The position numbers and the translations under genes are program-made. DNA of 39,046 nucleotides from a virus (Duplodnaviria; Caudoviricetes): the IMG/VR virus record IMGVR_UViG_3300032329_000529, positions 1 through 39,046 of that record. One strand, given 5' to 3'. The notes beneath the pieces are model-generated. The model saw nothing but the letters and a program-made list of their open reading frames with translations. It ran no database searches and was not told where the DNA came from. This document shows positions 17,652-26,888 of this stretch, one piece after another. Numbering within the stretch: the first letter of the stretch is position 1; the number at the start of each line of letters is the position of its first letter.

Positions 17652-18718
17652 CTTTAGAAAGTTACCCACCACAATATAGCAGCGTGAACGATTCATTAGT
17701 TTGGGTAGTTTACGATGCACATTCAACTAATCCTACTACTTACCCAAACTATAAATATATTGCTACCTTAAATATTGGTGGGGTTGAAGTAGCAAGAAGT
17801 AGGCAGTTCCAAGACCCTACTAATAACAGAGGTATTTTTGATTTTGGACGTGATTGCCGTGATTATATTAATGCTTCTTTACTTTCAGAAATGGGGCAAG
17901 GTGTATTTGCTATTGATGTAGTAGTTAAGTTTTATGAAGAGTATAACGGCACTATTGGTAGTGTATTAATTACAGACTCAACACGAACTTTTTTCAATCA
18001 TTATAATAGTCGTTATAATGACTTTACTATTTTAGGTAACTATGCTAATAAGCCAGCAACTTCACGACCACTAAATATTGAATTATTCAGCGATACGGAT
18101 AAATATTATATCCCTTACTTCGCTACATCAACAACACCGTTCAATGTTACTATCAATGGTACTACAACTACTATCACACCTACAGTTGCCAACACTATCC
18201 AAAACATTAATATTGCAGTAGGCGCAACGAGTGATTACACCGTTATTTTAGGAGTCGTAACATACCAAGTAAAAGTTATATGCGAACCTATTACCACCCA
18301 TTATATGGTGCATTTCCTTTCGCAATTTGGCGGATTTGAAAGCATGAGTTTTCATAAGGTACACCGAAAAAAGTATTCTATAGAACGTAAGCAATGGCAG
18401 CAACCTAGCTATAGAGTTAGTAGTAGTGGGGTAGTATCTGTAAAAAGTGGTGATATTATGCACACGCAGAAAACTACTTTTGGAGTGGTATTCAATGAAA
18501 AGCTAACATTGAATACCGACTTACTTAGTGATGAAGATTATAAGTGGTTGTTTCAGTTAGTAGCCTCTCCTATTATCTACGTTCAAGATGGTACTACATT
18601 ATATCCTGTGACTATATCGGCTACTGATTACGATGTTAAACAATGCTTAGTTGACGGATTGAATACACTAACTATTGAGTGCGACTTTGGTACTAAATTT
18701 AAAGCTCAATTTCAATAA
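17648..18718 (+). CDS. Virion structural protein (distal tail/baseplate-like)
   Basis: 356 aa, beta-rich, F.SQFGGFES and L..SP.IY motifs; in the tail module. Confidence 0.7.
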   Translation: MTLESYPPQYSSVNDSLVWVVYDAHSTNPTTYPNYKYIATLNIGGVEVARSRQFQDPTNNRGIFDFGRDCRDYINASLLSEMGQGVFAIDVVVKFYEEYNGTIGSVLITDSTRTFFNHYNSRYNDFTILGNYANKPATSRPLNIELFSDTDKYYIPYFATSTTPFNVTINGTTTTITPTVANTIQNINIAVGATSDYTVILGVVTYQVKVICEPITTHYMVHFLSQFGGFESMSFHKVHRKKYSIERKQWQQPSYRVSSSGVVSVKSGDIMHTQKTTFGVVFNEKLTLNTDLLSDEDYKWLFQLVASPIIYVQDGTTLYPVTISATDYDVKQCLVDGLNTLTIECDFGTKFKAQFQ

Positions 18719-20778
18719 TGGATAAAATATATATAGAGGGAGTTCAGTTAGATAGTAGCGAAGTATTCTCTACCATGGTTAGCTATTTGATAGACGACAT
18801 AAAAGACTTTGGTAGTCGTAATTGTAGTGTTTCTAAAACAATAATATTACCAGGGACAAAGCACAATAATAAAGTATTTGGTGGCATCTATAATATTAGT
18901 TCATTCAATAATTACGACAGCACTAAGCCTAATGTTAACCTAAATTTCAATGCAAGTGTTAAGGCACAAGTACACGTATTTAGGGATAACTTACAAGCTA
19001 TTAAGGGAGTAGCGCAATTACTAGCTATTAATATAGTTGATGGATTTATAGATTATGAATTAGGCATAACAGGAGAGTTAGGCGGTTTTGTTTCTGCATT
19101 AGGTAGTAGCAAATTAGAGGATTTAGATTTCTCAGCTTACGACCATACTTATAGTATTGCTAATATAGTAGGTTCAAAGACTAATGTAGGCAGTGGCAGC
19201 GGGTATGTTTACCCATTAATTGATTACGGCACTTACTCAACAGACAAGAATAATTGGAAGTATAAAACATTCAGACCTGCACTATTTGTAAAAGAGTATA
19301 TTGATAAAATATTTACTGCAAGTGGTTATAGTTACGATTGTGACTTGTTTAGTACAGCTAGGTTTAAGGGGTTGGTAGTGCCGCATAATCAGAAAACTTT
19401 AGTAAATAATACAGATTTATATTTTCAATCATCTAGATTAAACCAAATAATAATATATTCAGCAAGCACTAAAAATATTGAATTTAATGTATTTACAGTT
19501 TTAGGTAATTTTACATATCAAACATATTTAATTTATTACCAAAAAATTAAATACAATGGGGCAACAGATATAGTTTTTAATATATCTGTTGTATCAAATG
19601 GTGTTACAGATGTTGGGGCTGTTTTTAAGATATATAAAAACGGAGTATCTGATGCAACTAAAATACACCAAATAATTGCGTATGTTGATAGCGATTTTAA
19701 ATATGTAATAAATACCACATTTTTAAATATAACATTATCAACAAATGATTTTTTAGTTTTTAGTTTTAGTAATCCTTATATTGAAATTGAAAAGATAGAG
19801 GTTAAATTTATCGGTGCAAAAAAACTACCTATTCCTATAAACTTAGGTGAGCAATTACCTATAAACGATACTATCCTCAAAAACATCCTTCAAAAAGACT
19901 TCATCTCATGGATATGTAAACTATTCAATTTATTAGTCTATGAGGATAACTTTAAAGATAAACATTTGAGATTAGCCCCGTTCAGTAGCGATGGTATTAT
20001 CGATGGATTTTATAAAGATGCTGATTCGGATAATTGGACTAATTACTTAGATTTAAGTAGTGCGATAAAGATTAAGCCAATGGGAGAACTTAATGCACGA
20101 TACTATGAGTTTAATTTTAAAGATGACAGCGACTATTATAATGATTTGTATAAAAAGCGTTATAATAAGGCTTATGGTTCTTATAAATATGATAGCCAAT
20201 ATCAGTTCTCAAAAGAAAGCCAAAAGGTTGAAATAGGGTTCTCTCCTACGCCGTTACTAGGTTATGATGGAGTTGATAAAGTCTATTCAACAATATTCAA
20301 AAGGACGGGTACTGACGCTGCACCTGTTGAAGAAAATACAGATAGCAATATTAGGATTCTTCAAACGAAGGTTATCAGTGGCGTAAGTAGTTGGAATATT
20401 CTTGACGGTGCAACAGTTTTAGGAAGTTATACCGACTACCTTTATGCAGGACATTTCGATGACCCAGATGCACCTACCAATGATATTAATTTTGGAGTAC
20501 CAGAAGAGTTATTCTTTAAGCTATTTACAGGGGCATTAAATGTTAATCAGTTTAATGTTTATTGGAGTGCTTATTTAGCTGAGTTGACTGATAAAGATGC
20601 AAGGTTAGTAACTGCTACATTTAAGCTACCACTAAAAGAAATTAGCAACTTAGATTTTAGTAAGTATAAATATGTAAGCGGTGTATTGTATCGGTTAAAT
20701 AAAATAACTGATTATAATATTAGCCGTGAAGATACTTGCAGCGTTGAACTTATTAAGGTTACGAATAAGATTTATTAA
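18718..20778 (+). CDS. Virion structural protein (tail tip/hub-like)
   Basis: 686 aa; SKTIILPGT..NN, YVYPLIDYG, QKDF..I.KLFNL; precedes the tape measure gene. Confidence 0.75.
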   Translation: MDKIYIEGVQLDSSEVFSTMVSYLIDDIKDFGSRNCSVSKTIILPGTKHNNKVFGGIYNISSFNNYDSTKPNVNLNFNASVKAQVHVFRDNLQAIKGVAQLLAINIVDGFIDYELGITGELGGFVSALGSSKLEDLDFSAYDHTYSIANIVGSKTNVGSGSGYVYPLIDYGTYSTDKNNWKYKTFRPALFVKEYIDKIFTASGYSYDCDLFSTARFKGLVVPHNQKTLVNNTDLYFQSSRLNQIIIYSASTKNIEFNVFTVLGNFTYQTYLIYYQKIKYNGATDIVFNISVVSNGVTDVGAVFKIYKNGVSDATKIHQIIAYVDSDFKYVINTTFLNITLSTNDFLVFSFSNPYIEIEKIEVKFIGAKKLPIPINLGEQLPINDTILKNILQKDFISWICKLFNLLVYEDNFKDKHLRLAPFSSDGIIDGFYKDADSDNWTNYLDLSSAIKIKPMGELNARYYEFNFKDDSDYYNDLYKKRYNKAYGSYKYDSQYQFSKESQKVEIGFSPTPLLGYDGVDKVYSTIFKRTGTDAAPVEENTDSNIRILQTKVISGVSSWNILDGATVLGSYTDYLYAGHFDDPDAPTNDINFGVPEELFFKLFTGALNVNQFNVYWSAYLAELTDKDARLVTATFKLPLKEISNLDFSKYKYVSGVLYRLNKITDYNISREDTCSVELIKVTNKIY

Positions 20779-20841
20779 AATAAAAACCCTCGCATAAAAA
20801 TGCAAGGGTACAAAAAATTAGAAATATGAAAAGCAAATATA
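20777..20841 (-). ncRNA. Candidate ~55-nt antisense sRNA with its own promoter and terminator
   Basis: Minus-strand TATATTTG (20841-34), single-stranded UUCAUAUUUCUAAUUUUUU, 9-bp stem ACCCUUGCA/UGCGAGGGU plus U tract. Confidence 0.65.
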
Positions 20842-20858
20842 AAGTAAAATAGTTTATT

Positions 20859-22997
20859 ATGGCAGATGATATACAAATACAGGCATCGTTACGGGTAGAT
20901 AGTGGAGACAGTAAGAAAAGAATAGATGAAATTAATCAGTCTATTGCGGAAGCTAAGAAAGAACTTAGCCAAGCTACTTATGGCACTAAGGAGTATGCAG
21001 ATGCACAAGATAAACTTAATAAAGCAACGGGGGATTTGACCAAAGTACAAAAAGCAATAGGAGAAGAAACTAAAAAAACTTCTACTGCATTTGGTGGGCT
21101 AAAGTCTATTATCACAGGGTTAGGAGTAATTAGTTTACTTGAAAAGGCTTTTGATATATTCAAAGAAACTTTGGGTAAAAATCAAAAAGTAATAGACTTT
21201 ATGTCTACTGCAATGGGTACGCTATCTATTGCATTCAATGACTTGTTTGGATATATTAGTAGTCATGTAGGTGATATTGCAAAATACTTTAAAGATATAT
21301 TTGATAACCCTACTAAGGCACTTACCAATTTTGCAGACGCTATAAAAAACAATCTTATAGAGCGTTTTAATTCGTTCATTAAGACATTGGGATTAGTTGG
21401 AGATACTGTAGTTAATTTAGTTACAGGGAAGTTTGCGGAAGCTGCAAAAAGCGCAAAGGCAGCAGCAAAGGAAAGTTTAGACGTAGTAACAGGTATAAAT
21501 AATACAGGTGATAAGATTGCAGATATTGCAGGAAAAGTAGTTGATTATACCAAGAAAACAGTTGATGCAGCAGCGGCACAAACAAAGCTAGCTAATAATA
21601 GTAAGTTAGCAGCAGCAGAATTAAAAGGGTTAAAAGAGCAATACGATAGAGATGCAGAACAACAAAGGCAGATAAGAGACGACCAAAGTAAAAGTATTGA
21701 AGAAAGACAGGCAGCAAATATAAAGTTAGGTAAAATACTAAAAGAGCAAGCTAGTGTAATGACTGCATTAGCTGATGTAAATATAAAGGCAGCAAGGCAG
21801 GACTTAGCGCAAAATAAAGATAACATTGATTTACAGATAAAACTAAAAGATAGTCTAACAGAACGTAAGGCGATACTTGCTCAAATATCTGGATTAGAAA
21901 GTGAGCAAAAAGTTAATGAAATAGGTTTAGCTAAGGAAAAGCTAGACCGTGATAAGGCAATAAAAGAAAGTGAGAATAAGATATTTTTAGACCGTAAAAA
22001 AGCAGCAGCAGAACTAATACAAGACGAATTAGTTAAGGCTCAAACTTTACGAGTAATTCAAGATGAAGAAAGCAAACTAGAGTTAAAGCGGTTACAAGAT
22101 AATATTAATAATACTAAGTTAGGCACTCAAGCTAGGGTTGATGCTGAAATTGCTTTTAATGAAAAGAAAAAGGATATTGATATTGCCAACGCTCAAAGTT
22201 ATTTAGCAATTGATACAATTAAAAAGCAACGTGAAAAAGATTTACTAGCAGCAAGAAGTCAAAATAATTTAGACTTAATCAACCTTAAAAAAACGCTTGC
22301 TCAAAATGAAGTTACGGATGAAATAACAAAGTCAAACAATCTTATTGCGATAGCACAGCAAGAACATGACGCTAAAATTGCATTGTTAGAGTCTCAACGT
22401 GATGCAGAAATAGCAGCAGCAGAAAAGGCAGGATTAGATACGAGTGCAATAAAAGAAAAGTATAATATCCAAATAGCTAGTACAGATGCCGCATTGGTAG
22501 CAACGCAGAAAGATTTAAGCAATGCTATTATTGAGGCTAAAATGACAGAGTATTCTACTATAAGTGGACTAGCTGGACAACTTTCTCAATTAGTTGGGCA
22601 ACAAACAATGGCAGGTAAACTATTAGCAGTTGCGCAAACTACGATAGATACTTATGTTGCAGCATTTAGAGCGTATAAGGAAGGGTTCAAGATAGACCCA
22701 ACGGGTATATTTTCTACTATTTCTGCGGGTATTGCAGCGGCTACAGGTATTGCATCGGTAAAGAAAATACTATCCGTTCAAGTTCCAAATGCAGGCGGTG
22801 GCGGTGGTAGTTCACCAAGTGCAGTTAATGCCCCATTAGCCCCACAACGTTCAAGTACTTCATTAGATGCTGCAAGTATTCAAGGGGTAGGTAATGCTGC
22901 TAATGCGGGAGTAGGTAAGTCATTTGTTTTGGCAACAGATATTAAGGATAACCAAGAAAGAGAGGCTTTATTAATTCGTAGTGCAAGGCTTCACTAA
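20859..22997 (+). CDS. Tail tape measure protein
   Basis: 712 aa, Ala/Lys/Glu-rich coiled coil with hydrophobic C-terminal segments. Confidence 0.85.
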   Translation: MADDIQIQASLRVDSGDSKKRIDEINQSIAEAKKELSQATYGTKEYADAQDKLNKATGDLTKVQKAIGEETKKTSTAFGGLKSIITGLGVISLLEKAFDIFKETLGKNQKVIDFMSTAMGTLSIAFNDLFGYISSHVGDIAKYFKDIFDNPTKALTNFADAIKNNLIERFNSFIKTLGLVGDTVVNLVTGKFAEAAKSAKAAAKESLDVVTGINNTGDKIADIAGKVVDYTKKTVDAAAAQTKLANNSKLAAAELKGLKEQYDRDAEQQRQIRDDQSKSIEERQAANIKLGKILKEQASVMTALADVNIKAARQDLAQNKDNIDLQIKLKDSLTERKAILAQISGLESEQKVNEIGLAKEKLDRDKAIKESENKIFLDRKKAAAELIQDELVKAQTLRVIQDEESKLELKRLQDNINNTKLGTQARVDAEIAFNEKKKDIDIANAQSYLAIDTIKKQREKDLLAARSQNNLDLINLKKTLAQNEVTDEITKSNNLIAIAQQEHDAKIALLESQRDAEIAAAEKAGLDTSAIKEKYNIQIASTDAALVATQKDLSNAIIEAKMTEYSTISGLAGQLSQLVGQQTMAGKLLAVAQTTIDTYVAAFRAYKEGFKIDPTGIFSTISAGIAAATGIASVKKILSVQVPNAGGGGGSSPSAVNAPLAPQRSSTSLDAASIQGVGNAANAGVGKSFVLATDIKDNQEREALLIRSARLH

Positions 22998-23201
22998 TCA
23001 CATAGCAGGAAAGTTATAATCACTAGATATATTTATTATGTTATACATATTTTCAGATATTTTATTTGTTTCTTTATTACAAATTTCTTTTAAAATGTCT
23101 TCAAATGTATAGTGAGCGAATTTATTTTTAATAAGTGAATTCCTTTTTACAAGTTCAATATTAATATATTTAATTTCATTTTTAGTTATCTTTCTTTCCA
23201 T
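22998..23201 (-). CDS. Hypothetical protein, antisense to the structural genes
   Basis: 67-aa very AT-rich ORF filling the gap. Confidence 0.5.
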   Translation of the reverse strand: MERKITKNEIKYINIELVKRNSLIKNKFAHYTFEDILKEICNKETNKISENMYNIINISSDYNFPAM

Positions 23202-23358
23202 TACTTATTAATCTATATTTAGCCTCAATAGACAATTCTAAAATGCATTGTTCAGTACGTTTTTCAATGGTAGCCATTTCAGCTACCATTTTTTTATGTT
23301 CATTACTTACCCTAACTGATTTAGTCTTAGTAAACTTATTTTTTTGGAGTGGTGTCAA
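23182..23358 (-). CDS. Ribbon-helix-helix-like DNA-binding protein divergent from the head operon
   Basis: TKSVRVSNEHKKMVAEMA..EKRT...ILELSIE; likely TTG start at 23358 (the track extends to 23406). Confidence 0.6.
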   Translation of the reverse strand: MTPLQKNKFTKTKSVRVSNEHKKMVAEMATIEKRTEQCILELSIEAKYRLISNGKKDN

Positions 23359-23421
23359 TATGCTACAATTTACTACAAACATAACTACCATATAACAAAC
23401 TAACAAATCTATTTTTACATT

Positions 23422-24045
23422 ATGGATTTGCCCATGTACGAATTAAAGATAGATGATAGCGCAGATAGCAATTTAGCTATGAGTGCCATTGCTTTGGTTC
23501 AAAGTCCAGCAGTTCAAAAAAACTTTCTTGCATTTAGTGAGCAAGTAAAAGAGTTAAAATTTTCAGCAGTTGATTTAGAACGTGGAATTATTAGCGGGTT
23601 ACTCATATCGGCAAATAAGCCAATATATCGCAATGATAAACTAGGTGAGTATTACGTGACTATTTCACCAGAAGAAAGTTACAAGTTTGTCCAAAAGTTC
23701 TTTAAAGAAGGATATAATCAAAAGTTCAATCTTAACCACGATGATAATGCACAAGCCGAAGGGGTAACGTTATTCGAGTGCTTTATTTCAGATTCAACTA
23801 GAGGCATAGCCCCAATGAAAGGATTTGAGGATGAGCAAGATGGTAGCGTATTTATTAGTTGCAAAATTGATAATGAAGCAATAAAGAAACAGATTATTGA
23901 CGGTACTATAAAAGGGTTTTCTATGCAGGGGGATTTTGGAATGAAGCGTGTTGAAAATACCGATTCACTTACACCGAAAGAATTTGAGTTTTATAACGAA
24001 GTTTTAAATAAACTACAAAATTTACAAAATGAGTTTACCAACTAG
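23422..24045 (+). CDS. Prohead maturation protease (XkdF-like serine peptidase)
   Basis: IALVQSPAV, NLNH, IKGFSMQG motifs. Confidence 0.85.
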   Translation: MDLPMYELKIDDSADSNLAMSAIALVQSPAVQKNFLAFSEQVKELKFSAVDLERGIISGLLISANKPIYRNDKLGEYYVTISPEESYKFVQKFFKEGYNQKFNLNHDDNAQAEGVTLFECFISDSTRGIAPMKGFEDEQDGSVFISCKIDNEAIKKQIIDGTIKGFSMQGDFGMKRVENTDSLTPKEFEFYNEVLNKLQNLQNEFTN

Positions 24046-24661
24046 AAAAGAGGCATTAGCCAAGATTGAAGAAGGGTTGATTAAGATTAAACAAATGTTT
24101 TCAGATGTTACTATCAAACAAAAGTTTGAAGATGTGACTTTACAAGATGGAAGCATTATACAGGTAGATGTAGTTGCTATTGGTGGTAAAGTAACACAAA
24201 ATGAGTTGCCTATTCCTGACGGTAGTTATACGTTGCAAGATGGTAGTACTATCGAAGTAGTAGGCGGATTAATTACAGAAGTTTCGGCAGCGGCAGACCA
24301 AGAGCCTACAGAAGTAGAACCTATGGATATGGCTACACCTGATAAAATGAAAGTAGCTTGCCAAAACTTTGCAACTGCAACACCAGAGCAACAACAAGCT
24401 ATGATAGTTGCCTTGATGGATTATTGCTTTGGATGGCAGATTAAAAAGGACGCCGAGGATGCAAAAGTTAAAGCTGCTATTGATGCCTATAAAGCTACAC
24501 AAGGGGCAACGATTGCAACACTTGCAGCAGTTCAAGAAACAATGAGTCAAACTTTTTCAATGGTTAAAGAAATTGGTGAAGAACCGATTAAAGAACAAGT
24601 GAAAGTTGATGAACCATTGACAGCTTATCAAAAGTTTCAAGCAAGTAAAAAAGTATTTTAA
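24029..24661 (+). CDS. Putative capsid scaffolding protein
   Basis: Acidic, PDGSYTLQDGSTIEV..GLITEV; lies between protease and MCP. Confidence 0.7.
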   Translation: MSLPTRKEALAKIEEGLIKIKQMFSDVTIKQKFEDVTLQDGSIIQVDVVAIGGKVTQNELPIPDGSYTLQDGSTIEVVGGLITEVSAAADQEPTEVEPMDMATPDKMKVACQNFATATPEQQQAMIVALMDYCFGWQIKKDAEDAKVKAAIDAYKATQGATIATLAAVQETMSQTFSMVKEIGEEPIKEQVKVDEPLTAYQKFQASKKVF

Positions 24662-24852
24662 TGGCAAAATATATTTTAAAAGATGGGTTTGAACTTACTC
24701 CATTTGGTGAAGATTCAAAGATAGATGCAAGCAATATCACAGACACTATTGCAGAGTATCTTATCGAAGTAGGTAGAGCATCATTATCTGATTTTGAGCC
24801 AATTGTAGAAGAAAAGCAAGCAAAAGATAAACAATTAAAAGTTAACAATTAA
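24661..24852 (+). CDS. Small hypothetical head-module protein
   Basis: 63 aa, translationally coupled to the upstream gene. Confidence 0.65.
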   Translation: MAKYILKDGFELTPFGEDSKIDASNITDTIAEYLIEVGRASLSDFEPIVEEKQAKDKQLKVNN

Positions 24853-24863
24853 ATTAAATAAAC

Positions 24864-25874
24864 ATGGCATTATCTTACACAGCCGTTGACATTAGGGGCG
24901 TAGCCTTTAAAGATGTACTAGGAGAAATCCTATTTACAAACAACACCTTAGAGAAGGGGTTGGTAACATTTGCCGATAACATAAAGGCAAATTCAGTTTT
25001 TACAGATACAGCGCATAGTATCACATTCGCAGCTTACACAGCAGGAACGCCAACAGCAGCAGGAACTATTGGGGTAACTGATAAGATTGTTACACCTTTT
25101 AAGTTCCAAGCCTACGATACTTTCGATATGGAAAGCTTGAGAACAGGCCGCTTCAACCGTGATATGAAACAAGGTGCATGGAACATGACTTCAAGCGAAT
25201 TTGAAGCTACTGTACTAAATGGTATTAGTCCTTATGTTTCTCGTAAGGCAGAGGATACCTTTTGGAATGGTGCTAAAACAGCTACAAAAACAGCAGTTGC
25301 AGCCCTAACAGCAGGAACAGGTAATACAAGCGTAGGCGCAGCAGAACAGACTTATGTAGCAGCAGCACCAACAGGATTGATTGATGGGGTTGTTACTAAA
25401 ATGATTTACGATACTACTACAAGTGCAGTAGGGTTACGCCAAAAAGTAGCAGGTACTACTATTACTGCAAGTAACATATTCACTGAGTATGGTAAATTGT
25501 ACACAGGTACTAATGCAGCAGTTTTGCACGACCAAACAGCTACCCCACTTATCTACGCTCCTTATTCTCATTTAGCGTTCATTCGCCAATACAATACATC
25601 TAACACTTACAAGAGTGATGTATTCGTTGATAAGATTGTAGGTAACGAAATTTACTTCCAAGGCATCCCTGTTGTGTTTGTTCCATTGCCAGAAAACTGT
25701 ATGATTTTGGCTACTAAACAAAACATTGTTTGGGCAACTGATTCAATCGACGATACTACTTATTTGAAGATAGGAATGAGAGATTTAATTTCTGATACTA
25801 TGTTCTACAAAGTTGTTTTCTTAATGGAATCACTTGTAAGGAATCAGAAGTTTAACACACTTTACTTAGGGTAA
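24864..25874 (+). CDS. Major capsid protein
   Basis: 336 aa after protease/scaffold, EDTFWNG...IDG motif, strong hairpin downstream. Confidence 0.8.
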   Translation: MALSYTAVDIRGVAFKDVLGEILFTNNTLEKGLVTFADNIKANSVFTDTAHSITFAAYTAGTPTAAGTIGVTDKIVTPFKFQAYDTFDMESLRTGRFNRDMKQGAWNMTSSEFEATVLNGISPYVSRKAEDTFWNGAKTATKTAVAALTAGTGNTSVGAAEQTYVAAAPTGLIDGVVTKMIYDTTTSAVGLRQKVAGTTITASNIFTEYGKLYTGTNAAVLHDQTATPLIYAPYSHLAFIRQYNTSNTYKSDVFVDKIVGNEIYFQGIPVVFVPLPENCMILATKQNIVWATDSIDDTTYLKIGMRDLISDTMFYKVVFLMESLVRNQKFNTLYLG

Positions 25875-25880
25875 TTAATT

Positions 25881-25916
25881 AGAGGGTAAGTTGAACTACT
25901 TACCCTCTTAACTTTT
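25881..25916 (+). terminator. Hairpin / terminator after MCP
   Basis: AGAGGGTAAGT-tgaact-ACTTACCCTCT, perfect 11 bp. Confidence 0.75.
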
Positions 25917-25930
25917 AAAAATATTTTATT

Positions 25931-26455
25931 ATGAGTTGTGCATTAACAAGCGACTATTCACAGGCATCATGTGGTGATTTGTTTGGTGGTGTTCCTACTA
26001 TATTTTTAATTGAAAAGGCAAACATTATTAGTGTAACGGTTACCTCTGACGTTGTAACTTCAATACTAAAAACAGTTCCTTTTAAATTTAGAAAATACGA
26101 GTTAAAACAAGGAACAGCACAAGGGAAAGAAACAAAGACCGTTAATAAAGAAAACGGTACTTCGTCTACAAAGCAAACTGTTACTTTCTCACAGCAAGGA
26201 CTTTCAGCAGCTTTGAGGACTGAATTAGAAATAATTTGCCAAAACTTGCTAACAGTAGTAGTACTTGATGAAAACGGTACAGGATGGCTTTACGGTAAGG
26301 ATAAAGGCATGAGAGTTACAACAGTTGATGCTGATACAGGCAAGGCATTGAGTGACTTAAATGGGTATATGATTAATTTGGAAGCAGAAGAAAAGTATTT
26401 TGCTTACCCAATTGATTCAAATACATTATCTTTACTAACAGTAATTGATGACTAA
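25931..26455 (+). CDS. Major tail (tube) protein
   Basis: MSCALT...C...GG start, ENGT, D.NG..WLYG, TG...DLNGY motifs. Confidence 0.7.
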   Translation: MSCALTSDYSQASCGDLFGGVPTIFLIEKANIISVTVTSDVVTSILKTVPFKFRKYELKQGTAQGKETKTVNKENGTSSTKQTVTFSQQGLSAALRTELEIICQNLLTVVVLDENGTGWLYGKDKGMRVTTVDADTGKALSDLNGYMINLEAEEKYFAYPIDSNTLSLLTVIDD

Positions 26456-26469
26456 GAGTGATTAATTAG

Positions 26470-26516
26470 TATATTTGTCGAAAAGGCAGCAGCTTTAAAA
26501 TGTTGCTGCCTTTTTT
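26470..26516 (+). terminator. Terminator after the tail tube gene, immediately preceded by a -7 promoter element
   Basis: TATATTTG then AAAAGGCAGCAGC-tttaaaat-GTTGCTGCCTTTTTT. Confidence 0.75.
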
Positions 26517-26531
26517 AGTATAATTCAAATA

Positions 26532-26888
26532 ATGATAGTCTTAAATAAAAGTAATAGTGAGGATAGTTTTGTTGTGACTTTTACGGAGAAATCAACCGTA
26601 GGAAGTCCAACTTATGAAATTACTTGCATAGATACTAATAATAATGTAGTTATTTTCAGCGTAACTTTTGAAGACGACATAAGCCCTTACCCTAATAGAT
26701 ATAATGAATTTGTAATAAATACTGCTTCAATATTTGCAGAATATCCATTAGGTACTTATCAATATTCGGCAAAAGAAACACAAAGTAATACTATTGTTGA
26801 AGTAGGTAAACTATTGCTAAAAGATAATACTAACTTTGAATTTACAGGATATCAGTCAGCTACAACATATAAAGGATATGGAGGATAA
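26532..26888 (+). CDS. Hypothetical virion protein (Ig-like)
   Basis: 118 aa, RYNEF, G.YQY, VEVGK; precedes the portal gene. Confidence 0.7.
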   Translation: MIVLNKSNSEDSFVVTFTEKSTVGSPTYEITCIDTNNNVVIFSVTFEDDISPYPNRYNEFVINTASIFAEYPLGTYQYSAKETQSNTIVEVGKLLLKDNTNFEFTGYQSATTYKGYGG

